Shown here piece by piece: positions 24,387 to 37,263 of a stretch of DNA of 64,000 nt (its first letter is position 1; every line of letters starts with the position of its first letter). The stretch covers positions 107,820,001 through 107,884,000 of the forward strand of contig CM052817.1 in the NCBI GenBank assembly GCA_028534125.1, written 5' to 3'. This DNA is from Lama glama. Taxonomy: Eukaryota. The notes under the pieces are model-generated. The model searched no databases, had not been told where the DNA came from, and worked only from the letters and a program-made list of their open reading frames with translations. A program made the position numbers and the translations under genes.

Positions 24387-27093
24387 CAGAAAGACAGTAT
24401 CTGCTGAGAAGTGGATACCAGATTTCTCTCATTCAGGTTTATCTATAAACCTTCTCCCTACACCTTTACCCTCACAGCTCTTTGCTAGAGGACAGGTGGG
24501 TGTACTTCTCTTTCTTATGACGACTCCTTGTCCCCTCTGCCTCAAGGTATATATTCTGCGTTCTCATGCTCATTTGACTTCATTTTCATTGGTGCTATGA
24601 TGCTTTTTCACACCATAACCCCAGTTATCAATGTAAATTTCTGCTACACCTGCAGCATTTCAATCTCTAGCTATAATGTTTTTGATTTGAAAAAAAGCAT
24701 TTTTCTTTTAATAGTAGAAAATGTCCTTCACTACTTTTGTAAGGTACATAGGGTGTTGAAAGAGATTGGATGGCATAAGGTGTGCTCAGTTTCAAAGAAA
24801 CTTCCGATTAACTTTAAGGAATTCCTATTTGGGCTTTTTTCCCCTCAGAAGGTGTGTTTGATTTATTTATAAGACTGAGGTAGTGGTAAACCCTCTCCAT
24901 CATGTAGGTGGAATAAAAATTCACAATAAAGTTGAAGGTTATTTTTCTTTAGGGAAATTTTATGATAAAGATGGGTCTTTCTGAGAACTTCTTGACAGGT
25001 TCATGTTTATAAGTTATTTTATGATATTTTATACTATAAAATATAGAATTCTAAAACTTAACAAATGGCACCAGAAACCATTTTCCTCATACTTAACAAG
25101 GGGATTTTTCTAAGTTCCTTCTCACATTCACTGGCAGAAAATGAAACAGAATGTTCGTTACAATAGTATATTTCCAGACTCTGTGAGTCTACGTGTAATT
25201 TAAGTACAAATGCAGATGATTGGCATAAATTCGCTTCCTTTGAATGTAACAGAATCTCTCAAAATCTAGCACTCAATGTAATCGCATGAATGGATTTTGA
25301 ATGCCATTCTCTCAAATAAAAGTTATATAAATGACAATTGGCACAGGAATCTTGAGAAAATCCATGTTAGCCTCTGCAGTTCGCAGAGAGCTTTCTGAAG
25401 CCTGCACGACATCTTATTTTTGGTAATGCACAGGTACATTTCTGCTACTTGGAGCTTAGAGAGATTGTATCAGAAGATATCTGCAGAGAGTCAGCGGTTT
25501 TGAAAGAGGTTGGAGATGAATTGTGTTTAGAAAGAAAAGCTTGATCGAGATCTTTTGCACTGCGGTATAGAATTGTTTCAGAGAAATATTATCTTTTGTT
25601 TGCTAAGCTCTGTCAGACCCAAATCCAAGGAGCACATTGATTTGTTGCTAGTCGGTTGCATATGCTGGATGGATCTGTTTATACCACTATTGTATGAAAC
25701 TTATTTCATTGTGGGTGCTTAGGGCAGGCAGAGCTAGAAAAGAGGCTCAGATTTACCAGCCCACTGTTACCGAGTCATTTCTGTATCCATCTTGAATCTA
25801 ATTCATACAGGATAGAAAAATTATCTCATAAATATGGACACTGACTTGTGATATACCCTGAAAATTATTTTCTTTCTTCACTTCCACTATAGATGCTAAA
25901 CTGCTAGGGTATATTCCTTGATCTGTCTTAGGAGATGAGATGCTAATCATGTTTCATTTATTAGCTGCTAATTTTACTTCCTCTACCCCATATTGGATAA
26001 CTGAAAGAACCCAGAATGGAAGCTGACATATGGGAGCTCTGCAGTCCTGGCTGAACGTCTGCAACAAGTCATGCAGTGTTTCGCATTTATCAAGTAAATT
26101 GCTTATGTAAGTGAGATAATGTTTTATCCTAGCTCATTAGGTTGAGTTGAATATTTATGCTTTTATGTTATGAGTTGCACAGTATGTTCTGTCATACGGG
26201 AAACTGTAAGAGCCAGAGGGCGACAAAAAGTGTCTTCTTGGGTTTGAGCTCAAATGGAGATACTTACTGGGAAATCACGGTACTTACTTCAGAGGGAAAG
26301 AAGTGTTTCAGTGGAGATGGGAAACAAGAAGAGATTCAGTGATGCAACCCTGAGTTTGCAGAAGGGCATGTGACTAGGAGGGCAGTGACAGTGCCTTCTT
26401 TCATGCCTTCTCCTCTAGAGAGGACAGAGCGTTTCTTTGAACATTTGATTGGACGATTAGTCATATGTGCCCACACATGTTCATTCAGCTCAGGAACTGC
26501 ATTGAGGTATGAACTGCCAAAAAAGCTTTCCTGTAAGTGTGTGCTTTTCCCTTATTGCACTCGCTATGAGCTCCTTCAAGGATCCAGGCTCTTCATCCAG
26601 ACCTCAATGCCAAAAATTCTCCTTTGTCATGATGCATCTGGCTCTGGTTGGTTCTCCTCCTTGCCAACTTGATGTCTCTCATGTTGTGTGCATTTCTAAA
26701 ACTTTTTTTCTCATCAAAATTTTCCTTTGACTTCCTTTACAGATAACATGAATTCTGATAGGTAATACACTCAAATGCAAGCCCCAAATATTTTGCTCAT
26801 ATTGTGTGTTTGAGAGTTTGGGGTCTTCTAAGTGTCCTTTCTACAAAATGGTGACATGATTATCCCAGTTCTTCTGAGCTGTACCCAACGGAATAGCTTT
26901 TATTCTACCTTCTTGCTTATACCCTTGCCAGGATTGAAGATTTCCTTAGTCAAATAGATACTAGATTTGTTATTTTTTTCTCTTGATTTGAAAACTTCTT
27001 TCAGATTTACATCCTGTTCACAGAATGCCTTCCTATGGGCTAGACACTCTTCTAGGCACTAGAACTTAGAGGTGAACAAAATACACACTCTGA

Positions 27094-27216
27094 CTGTGTG
27101 TGTGTGTATGTGTAGGTGTGCATGCATGTGTTTGTGTGTATGTGTGTGCATGTGTGTGTATACATGCACGTCTCTGTGTATGTGTGCATGTACACGTGTG
27201 TGTATGTGTGTGTGTG
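27094..27216. repeat. Imperfect (TG)n / (TGTA,TGCA) microsatellite
   Basis: About 120 bp of mostly alternating purine-pyrimidine sequence, seen directly. Confidence 0.95.
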
Positions 27217-27244
27217 CCTGCAGGGGAAGGGCAGGCAATACTGA

Positions 27245-28500
27245 GTCAACAAATAAACAGTGATAGCTTCCAAGAGTGGCAAGTGACAAAGAAGAAACCC
27301 GGGCAGTTTCCCGGAGTGTGACTGGGTTGGCAGGAAGCTAATTCAGTGGGGAGAGTCAAGGAAGGCTTGCTGGTGGAGATGCCGTCTGAGCCGAGACGTG
27401 GCTGACACGACGGAGCTGAGTATGTGAGCATCTGTGGGCGGAGCTTCCCTCCAGAAGGAAGGGCAAGTGAAGGAACCTTAGAGACAGAGTAAGTCCTTTG
27501 TGCTGAGGAACAGGGGGAAGGCCAGTCTGGGCGGCCTGTAGGGAACAGAAGGCAGCGTGACAAGAAGTGGTTACAGGGCACACAGTTCAGATCACATTTG
27601 GTCTTATAGGCCCTACCGGATTCCATTTCAGGAGTTTCCCCTGATTCTAGGTAAGGTGGGATTCCACTGGTTGCCTGGAGTCAGGGAGAGACAAGCTCAT
27701 ACTTAGCACATGCTCTCCTCTGTGAAGACAGGGTACCAATTAGAGAGCTTTAGCCATTGATTCTCTATGCACAAGCAGATAAACCAGCTTTCTGGTTTAC
27801 CCAGAATGTGATTTTTTGGGGGGGGGGTCAGCATATTAGTGAGCCCAGAGAATCACCTGGAGGAACTGGCAGAAATACAACTGGAATCCCAGCCCCTCCC
27901 AGGCAAAGCACAGCTGTGCTTCCCTTTGGACACTGGGGGTTCTGCAGTGTCCAGACCCTGGGAGTGGACTCTCCCCTGGACATTTTATTTGCTCACTTCT
28001 GTGGATCATTGGCTTCAGACACAGGGTTCTGCATAGTTGTCTCTGGTTTGCTGAGGTTCTACAAGAAGAAAAGCTGGGGAAATGTGTGTCTTGTGATTTC
28101 AGCTTCAATAGCAGGAAGCACATTCTGCAAGGCACATTCTTTAAGTGTAAAAACAGGAGTTCATATGCTGGACAGCTAATCAAGGTATCCACCCAAGAAG
28201 CTAATGGTTGATCTAAGAGAATGGCCATCTTGGCTTGGACAGCATGGTCGCAGTCGGGAGAGAAATCGTGAGACTCTAAGTTATTTGGAAGTCGAGTTGA
28301 CAGAAATTTGTTCTGGCATGGATGTGGGGGTGCAGGGAGGAGGGGGCATCACGTATAACTCCAAGGCTTGGGCATTGAGAACCCAGGTGGCGAGAATGGG
28401 GAGCCAGGCCAGAAGCAGGTACATATTTGATCAGAAAAATCAAGATCCTTGATGGTTATTTAAGGCAACATTAGACACTAAATGGTGATGCTAAGTGTAT
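27245..28500 (-). mobile_element. Fragmented L2 (pieces at about 27245-27700 and 28190-28500)
   Basis: gtcaaggaaggcttgctggtggag...tctgagccgagac; gtcgagttgacagaa...ggatgtggggg...aactccaaggcttggg. Confidence 0.55.
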
Positions 28501-30044
28501 TTGCTTTAATGTTATCAATTATCTTTTCACTTAATAACTGGAGCTAGCTCTGCAAAATGGTGTGTGGGATGAAGCAGAAACTAGCCTGCTATGCTTTCCT
28601 GGCCACTGGGGGCTGACTGAGCCTGGCGTCCTCATAGCCCTCCTTGCTTTCCATTGCTTCACGCACAGGAATAGCCACCCTTATGAATAAGGCGGTTATC
28701 TCACTGGTTATCCCACAAGCATCGTGAATTTCTGATTCTGATTTTTTTAATTGTTATTATTTTCTCAACTTAGAAACATTATAGCAGAATGTCCAACAGA
28801 ACTTTGCAGGATAGCAGGACCAGTGTGCTCCTGGGTTAGCCCAGTTATGGCCTGTCTGATCTGGGGATGCAGGAAATGTCTGCAGTTCTCACCTGTGAAA
28901 TGAAGATGTATTCCACAGGGCTAATATCCCATAGCGCCGGGATGGGGACGAAATGAGAGTGTTAATGAAGACTTGACATACAGTGAAGGCACTCAGGAGA
29001 CAATAACTTTAATTATTATTGTCAGTCCTGCCCTTCCCTCTCCAAATGCAAAAAATTCATCCTGCAAGGAAAAAAAAATAATCCATCCTTCACATGCAGG
29101 CTCATGAAGATTCTTGCTGGGATCCTCAGCCTAGTCAAGGCTGTCATCGAAAGCATCATCTACAAAAATGTAACGAACAAAGTGTGTTGTGGGTGTCCAA
29201 GGACAGAACACAGAGTCAGCCCTCTGTGGGGCTGGGGCTGGAGGCTGCATCAACGTGTGTTCCTTTGCAGCTCCATAGATTGAGGTTGGAAGCATTCTCC
29301 CCTCTGTCATCTGCACCACTTTCTTAATTTCTCTGTGCTTACTCAATTTCTGTGTTTGTGAAAGGCTTCTCTGCGCCCCAGAACTGATGACTACCCATGC
29401 CTCTGGCTTGTTTTGATTTATTACCACCCCAGCTCCACATGACTTTGTAGGTCACAGGAATGGTGACCCTTAATTTATATTTCTTAACCTTAATTTACAT
29501 TTTCTAGAGCCAGAATGTTTGGCCTAACCTCCACGATTTCCCTTGGGTTGGCTGTCCAGCTGCAGCCTGCTTGCCGATTGAGGCTGCTTGGAATTAGGCT
29601 TCGACCTTTCTGGGAGTTTGAGGTGGGACCATTTAAGCTAGGACTGTTTCTGGGCACAGCGAGCAAAGCAATTGGTTGTCAAGAGGTACTTTATCTATAA
29701 GGAGGAGAAGTCCACTCAAACTAACTCAGGAAATAAGAGATTTTAGCGAAAGGATACAGAAGAAATGTACAAGTGCAGGGCGTAAAACACAGCTGGTCAC
29801 AGAGGAACTGGGAAACCATCAGGCAAATTGCATCTCTGTCTCAAGCTGATTCTGCATGTCTCTGTTTCCTCTCCGCCGGCTGGTGTATTCACTCATTTGA
29901 GAATATTAACTGCTCACTCAGCATAGACAGATATGTCATCCCGGCGTGCAGCTAGGTTTTCCCTGCTTATTTACGGGCTCAAGTTTCCTTAATATTGTTT
30001 CTCTGTGAGTCTCTCTCCATTGATCAGACATCACAGCAGGGCAG

Positions 30045-31097
30045 ATTCCCAGGCTCAGTTCTCAGCTCTCCTCCTGCCGCCCCCACACGTATTCCCCTCG
30101 GGGCCTCGCCCAGTCTCACGGCTGTAAATTCCAAGTACGTGCTGACAACTCCCAGTTTATACCTCCTTTGAACTCAAGACCTGTACACCCAGTTGCCTAC
30201 TTTACGTCTCGACTTCGGCTTCTAATTAGCAAGTCAAACCTAACATGTCTCAATATTACTCCTGATCTCACCTCCCCTTCCAAACCTGTCTGACCGCAGT
30301 CTCGCTAGTCTCACTCAACAGCAACTTTCTTCCCCCACTTTCTCAGGCCAGAACCCTTGATGCCACCTTCCACTGTTGTCTTTGTCTCATACATCATGTG
30401 AGACACGTCTGCTGTCTCCGCTGTAAAACCCACCCAGGACCCAACTTTCACTGGTTTCCCTGCTTCATCTCAGGACTCCTCCATAGTCAATTCTAAATAG
30501 AGTTCCAGAGTGATGCTGTAACAGATAATTCAGACAGTGGTCCCTCTGCTCAAAATCCTCCTTTGGTCTTGTCTCCTGCAAAATGGAAGCCATGTTCTTA
30601 CAGCCTTCTCTTAGGCTCACAAGCACTGCCCCTCTGCCCTTTGCTTCTGACTGTATCTCTTACTGTTCACCCTGGTTTGTTCTTGCCCACCTCTTGCTTT
30701 ACTGGCCTCCACTGTCCCTTGACAAGCGAGACAAAACCTCACCCCGGGGCATTTGAATTCACTTTTTCTTCTGCCTGAAAGTTTCTTTTCCATGATGGAT
30801 GTTTACATCCTTCTCCCTTCAAGCTTTCACTTAAAGGTCACCCTCTCTGCGAGGCCTTCCCTCTTACCCTGCCCTCCCTCGCCCTCTCCCTACTTTATTT
30901 CAACCCAAAGCATTGATCAGGGTTTGACATACCATGTGTCTTCCTGATTGATGGACTGACTGTCCCCCTCCAGGAGAAGGGAAACTCCACAAAGGCAGGT
31001 TTCTGACTGATCACTGTGTCCTCAGCACCTAGAAGAGTGCCTGGCACTTAACAGGCACTGGCTAATGTGTGTGGAGTCCACGAATGCATTTGAGTGA
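30045..31097 (+). mobile_element. L2a LINE 3' region
   Basis: gctgacaactcccag...tcaaacctaacatgtc...; ends cactgtgtcctcagcacctagaagagtgcctggcac...gaatgcatttgagtgaa. Confidence 0.8.
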
Positions 31098-34000
31098 AGG
31101 AGGAAGTGGACAATTCGTCATACTCTTGTTTGGATGCTCTATGGGCTGCTCAGGGAAGAGAGATCATCTGTCTTCTGCATCTGGAATATGTGAGATATTT
31201 TGTGTTTTCCTATAACTTCATACCACTTACCGTATGCATGTGTTGTGCGATATTCTCCCCACGTCAGTAAGGGCACTGGAATTCAGAATGAAAGCAGAGT
31301 GCCCATGGTAGAGCTGTGATGTGAGTCCTGCTGCTGGAATGATGACTTCCAGCTCCATCTTACACATCACGTTTCTGTTTCTCAGTGATAATTAGCACTT
31401 CCCTCCTCTTGTTCTTGCAAAAAAGGCGTTAGGAAAAATACCTATGGATTTTACTTCCTTTTGCAATAAACGATGGAAAATGAATATTCTCACAAAAGAT
31501 AGCAGCCTTTGGAGCAGAGGTTCTCCCACTGCTGAGTGACGGTCACTCGTGGCCTCTGCCCTGTTCTCTAAATGTTTCCCACGTGCCCCGCTCACCTCCT
31601 CTCTCCAAAGCCTGCCGCTGTCCCCGGCTGCGCCATTTCCTGCTTAGAGCTCAGTCTATTCTTGGGTTCTTGTGTCACAAAAACAAAATTTTTTCTCTAA
31701 TGTTTCTAAGAATATTCATTGTAGGTTTTCTCAAAATTTCATCTGCTCTTCACCTTGCATTGCATCTCTTTGCTCTGAGATTGTTCCTTATGCTTGTATT
31801 TATTTATTTATTTATTTATGTTGGTTTCGATCTGTAATGTCACTAAGTTTTCTTGGTTCTCCACTGGTTGCACATTCGTATTGAAGAGTAAAGGAAGCTC
31901 TGGGTGCATGAGAGAGCTCAGACCGTGACGACGTACCAGAGGGTGACCCGCTTCCTACGGCGGGTACCCATGCCTTTGCTCTGGATCATCTCATCCTCTC
32001 TGCCAAGTCTTCTGCCTGGTGGTTGCATGCTGCCATCCAGAGAGCGGAGGAGGCTGGAGAGCTGGTCACTCAGTTTGCAGACTCCCTTAATCCCTAGGTT
32101 TTTGGCATGGCACGTTGGGCTGTGCCTCTAGGTCTGTCTGCACAGAGAGGGCAACCATCCTAACCAAATCTCGAGCCTCCAGCTTACTCCCCACCTCCAC
32201 AGACTCCCATCTTCACCCCTTCCTAACATGCGTGGCTCTAAGCTCTGAGTCTTTCTGAGATTCTGTGGCTCCAAGCATATTAGTGCCTGCAGTTTTCTTC
32301 CCAGGCCGGCAAATAGGGAAGAGCATTCTATATTCTTCTAAGTCACTTATCACTCAGAGCAACAGAGCAGAGAGCTTTCAGGTGTCCGGGCTCTGGAGAG
32401 AAATTGCCTTGGGTCAAACCCTGAATCTGTCGCTTATGCAGGGTATAGACAATCCTGGGTAAACTCTCCCTCCCTTCAGGGCTTTCCTGAACTGTAAATC
32501 GTGGGCAGTGATAGCATCAATCACATCGCATCGCTGGGGCTATTACAACAACGAAGGCATTTACTAAAGCGCCAGACACATCACAGGTGCTCCATAAATG
32601 TTTGGGTTTATTATGCACTTTCAGTCTCTCCAGAAATCTGCTGATATCTACCAGCGACTGTTGGCCCCTCTCTCATTCTTGTCCTTATGGGTTAAAATAG
32701 TTGTCCTTACTCTTTATGACCAATTCAATAACACTTTGAGAGCACGTTGATATAAATACACGTTTCATACTTTATAATCAAGTTTATCGCGGTAATGACA
32801 CTCTCTCGTGTATCAGTATGACACTGAACTTTTTGGTAACGTTTTGGTGACCTGTTTTGGCAACATGCCTGCTGCTCCTGGCCTCTAGGACCTGGCTTGC
32901 TTTCCAGTCCCATCCTAGGGACCAGGGTCCTGTTACTGAACTCTAGCTGGACCACTGGTGGACAAGCATCTCTGATTGCAAGGACTTGCTTCTTAGAATG
33001 CCCAAGTCCCCGGTGCCTGGAGTCCCCGTCACCGTGTCCGACCTAAGGACGTACTTCTGCTTTAATTTATGGGGATTTTCAACACCTGTGGCTTGTCCTC
33101 AGGTCTACCAATCACTACAGTACTCCTGGTGGGTAGGACAAATGGCTTGTTTTAGCATCTGGTGGGTCCTTCCCCTTTTTTGACGGGCCATGCCTAGATG
33201 AGGACCAGGATGTGACACACCTTCCCTTTGACCTTTCCTCTCTTCCTGTTGGCCAATTCTCACTTCCCATTTCCATTTTTCTCCTCTTTCTCTTATTCCC
33301 TTCCTCCTCAGACATTTGAAGTAGCACTTTTAATAACTTCTTAAAATACAATTTAATAGCATAGGATGACAGATACATTTATATTCCATGCACTAGAAAT
33401 AAGTTTGAGTGGCTAAATACACAGGAAATAATCAGCGATGCATTATTGTTCAAGGAGAAGTGATTGTTGTCTCATTACTACAATAAGAGACACTTTTATT
33501 TTTTATTGTTCATTTACAGAGCATTCCTGGTTCACCCTAGCTGCACATCAAGCTTCATATTCCGAAATGAGAATCAGTAACAGGATTTCATTCATAGTCC
33601 GCTGGAGTGAAAATGACTTTGTGAAGATGTCATTTTCATAATCACTCTCCCCCACCACGACTGTCATTACTGTTAAATTAAGAAATGCACAAATATTTAT
33701 TCAGAAACCTCTGAACATAGAAGGTTTGAGATTGTATTATATTTACTCCTCCCTCCCATGGGCTTTTGGGAAACAGCCATTTTGAAGTGGACAAATAATG
33801 GCCTGAAATTCACAGAATGCATGTAAACTATCTAATTACGTGAGCTACTGAGTACGAGAGAGGGAGCTAGAGTGTGTGCTGGTCTTGATGGCGGCTACCA
33901 GGTCTGGAACGGGAAAGGCCGCTTGCTAAATTGTCATATACTAACTAGAAGACAACTGAATTTTTTTTCTTTTTTGGTTGCTCACTCTTGCCTACAAGTA

Positions 34001-34249
34001 TATGTGTAATTGTGCCAATTCTATTCTGTCCATGAGGGGCCAGGTAGCTTATTCACTGTGTGGAGATCAGTTGATTTTCCACTGCAGAGTTCAAATAAAG
34101 CAGAAAGCAACTTCAAGGAATGCATCTCACAGGAAAAGGGAGGGAAGAAGGAAGGAAGGGAGGAGGGGAAGGCGGGAGGGAAATTTGCTACTAGTTCTTG
34201 TTCCAATGTCTGTCCCCATCTTAAGCACTGAGTCAGTTTTTAAAAATTC

Positions 34250-34388
34250 TTTTTGCTTGTTTGGCTTTTTTGGGGGGTGGGTGGATAATTAGGTTTATGT
34301 ATTTATTTTTAGAGGAGGTACCAGGGATTGAACCCAGGACCTTATGCATTCTAAGCATGTGCTCTACCACCGAGCTGCACCCAGTCCC
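34250..34388 (-). mobile_element. Vic-1-type SINE
   Basis: gaggaggtaccagggattgaacccaggaccttatgcattctaagcatgtgctctaccaccgagct. Confidence 0.9.
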
Positions 34389-34643
34389 CTCTCCCCCCGG
34401 TCACTGTTGAGTGCAGTTTGCTAGTGTCAGGTGTACTCACACAGACCACGGAGTTACACAGCTCCCCATCGCATCATGAGAACCATGCTGGAAGTCAAAC
34501 AGGCCAAGTGGTGCTTCTCATTTGAGTTTATGCTCCTCACCGGCTGGTGCACACACAATCAAAATTACAGGGAGTACTTTGGAGAGTTTAATACTTTTTA
34601 ATAAATTTAAATCCTTTATTTTTATCATATTTTAAATGTAATT

Positions 34644-34778
34644 GGGTGGGGGGTGTGGAGCACATAGCTCAGTGGTAGAACTTATACTTAGCGGGCACGA
34701 GGTCCTGGGTTCAGTCCTAGTACCTCCTCTAAAAATAAATACATAAACCTAATTACCTCCCCCCTAAATTTTTTTTAA
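34644..34778 (+). mobile_element. Vic-1-type SINE
   Basis: atagctcagtggtagaa...cacgaggtcctgggttcagtcctagtacctcc; aatgtaatt flanks both sides (TSD). Confidence 0.9.
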
Positions 34779-36666
34779 GAATGTAATTCAAAGTTTAAAA
34801 GATATATTCAACTGAAGGTAGGGTCTGTCATGGTTTAATTTTTTTAACCGCCTGATCCTGGAGAGACATTTCCTCACGTCTAAGTCAATTACCTTCGTGA
34901 ATTCACACACGACGCTCCGTTCTGTTACAGCAACTCAGCAATGTTATCATTTCATTGTTCAGGGATCTTTTTTCTTTTTTTGGAGAAAATTAAGAGCTCA
35001 AAAGTAGAAAATACAAACATTCTTCCTTTTGCTTCTATAGACTTGTGTTTGCTGCCTCAGGAGCTCTGTTTCAGCTTGAGAGGAAAACATAACCTCTTTA
35101 ATGAAGAGTCCTTTGGGAAGCATTTTGCATTAGTAAACCCTATAAAATGATGGGTTTTGAGAGCTTTTCCTTCCTGTTAATGAACTTCAAGGCTTGTTGA
35201 AAAATGATACTTTTCAAAATTAAAAAAAGTGTATATTTTGTCAAATATGAGTGTCTCCCATCCACACATGCCAGGCCCAGGGCTGTGCAGCTCCAGGTAA
35301 AGATACCCCGTCTCTGAGCCTCACTGGTCAACTGACCGACTTACAGGTAAAATGAATGAGTCCTGGCGTTTGGTCAAAATGGCTGTAGCTTCCCTGCACA
35401 TTTGTAAAGCATGGTCGATGGAAGGAGACACATTTGATTTGCTTTTCCCGCTGAGGCTCAGACGAGACAAGCCACAAAGCTCAAAGTGCCCTTCCTGTGT
35501 GGAAGACTGGTCTGGACGCCATCACACGTGTAGGGTTCAGAGTCGTTTAAAGCACGGTGACCTTGGAGGCAGGTGAGAATGTGAACTCCATCCCTACATG
35601 CCTTTAGTCCTTTCACTCTCAGACAGCGGGTACCCAACTATATCTCTGACTCCAGCTCGGTTTGCCCATCTGTGACCCACAGGTCAGTACAGACCTTCAG
35701 ATGTGTCTTTCTGAGGCCACCTCTAAAAATGTTTATTGTTGCTCCATGGAACACAATAATCTCGACTGCTAATTTTTCTAAGAAAAAAAAATCAGAAGTT
35801 CTGTCTGAGCTCAGGCATCTGCCCCACATGGGACCAACTGGCTGGAGCGGAGCAGGGCTGGTTCCTTTGGATGCTCTTCCTGCAATGATCTCCTTCCTCT
35901 GCCCACATGTTGGCTTCTGTTTACTTGCCTGGACCCACAGCCATTTCAGTTCGCAAAATTTGATTTAGATTTGGGATAGCAGCTAGCCTATGGAGCCCCA
36001 GTTAATGATGTAGGAAAGGCGAATCCAGCTGCACCATACAGAGCAGACACTGGATTTCAGTCTCCTGCTCTCTCTCTCAGCCAAGTAGCCTTGTGCAACA
36101 GACAAGCTGCCCGATGTACACCAGAGTTGAGCATATCAGGATAAAAGGGGATTCTGCACCAAGATGGAGGTGAGCAAGGCAGTAGCACTTGTACAGCGCT
36201 GGTCGGTCATCATTGCCTGGAAGAAAAGGCCAAAACCAAAAACTAAGAAGTCACTGCTTTGTTTTAAAGGGACAACAGCATCACTGACCTGCTCCAGGCA
36301 GATGTCATTCACAAGGTGTAAGTGAAGAATTCATTAAGATTCTCCTAACTTTTTCTTTTTGAAAAGCTCAAACCTGGTTCATATTTTTACAAATGTGAAT
36401 CTTTTCAGGGGTTCCTGAGCCTGCCTATGCTGTCAGTGGCTCCTGTTGGTGGATCTTGTTCCTTTTTTAAAGCAAGCAATGTGTGGGAATGTTTGAAGCC
36501 CAAATTCATCGAACAAAGCTCATCTGGCCATGTGTGGGTGTTTATAAATCTCAGCTCCAGGAGAGAAGTGGGTGGGCATTTCCTGTTCCAACTGTAATTC
36601 AGGGCTGAGGGGGTCTCCCACGTGTGATGGCCTCATGGGGAAACACTGCAGCCTCACAGCTGTGCC

Positions 36667-37263
36667 TGTTAGAGCAGGTGGAGACCTGGATATGAGCAGA
36701 GAAGGGCACAGAGGCCAAATGCAGGAGACCACACATCTTGTGAACAGGGGTCCTCGGGCAGACAGAGAAAAGCAGGAACCTCTGGACTGATAAGTGATCA
36801 CACATTTTGGGGTAACAAGTGCCCCAGAGGCTGACAAAGAAAGATGGGAAAAGGCAGGAACCTCCAGTGTCTGAATATAACCGTTGGCTCATTATGCCCT
36901 CATTTCAATAAAATTAGCCTTGCAGATTAGAAGTCCCCATCATGCACTGACGCCGTGACACTGCTCATCCAGACTAAATAAGGACAAAAATCCCTCCTCC
37001 CTTCAGGAAGGTGGAGTTGGGATGGAAATCAGGGAATAGGACCTCAAACCCCTCCCTTCCCAGTGAATATTCTGCCTATTCATTTTTACATCCCATATAA
37101 TCAGCCTGTCAAAGAAACTGAGGGCAGCTGCTCACCTGAGTCTGCCTGCTCTCCCCTTGAGAGTGCACTGTCAGGTAACAAATCCTTGCTTTGCTTTCTT
37201 AATCTCTGTGTCTTGTCTCTGAATTCTTTCTGTGATGAGACAAGAACCTAATCACTGACAACA
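36667..37263 (+). mobile_element. Solo ERV1 LTR (MER50-like 5' end)
   Basis: Starts tgttagagcaggt, internal repeated gaaaa(g)gcaggaacctc unit, TATAA near 37096, AACAAA poly(A)-signal remnant, tctgaattctttctgtgatgagacaagaacc...aca end. Confidence 0.7.

Noticed and set aside
27052..27321. His/Thr-rich and Cys/Val-rich ORFs
   Set aside because: Translations of a (TG)n microsatellite.
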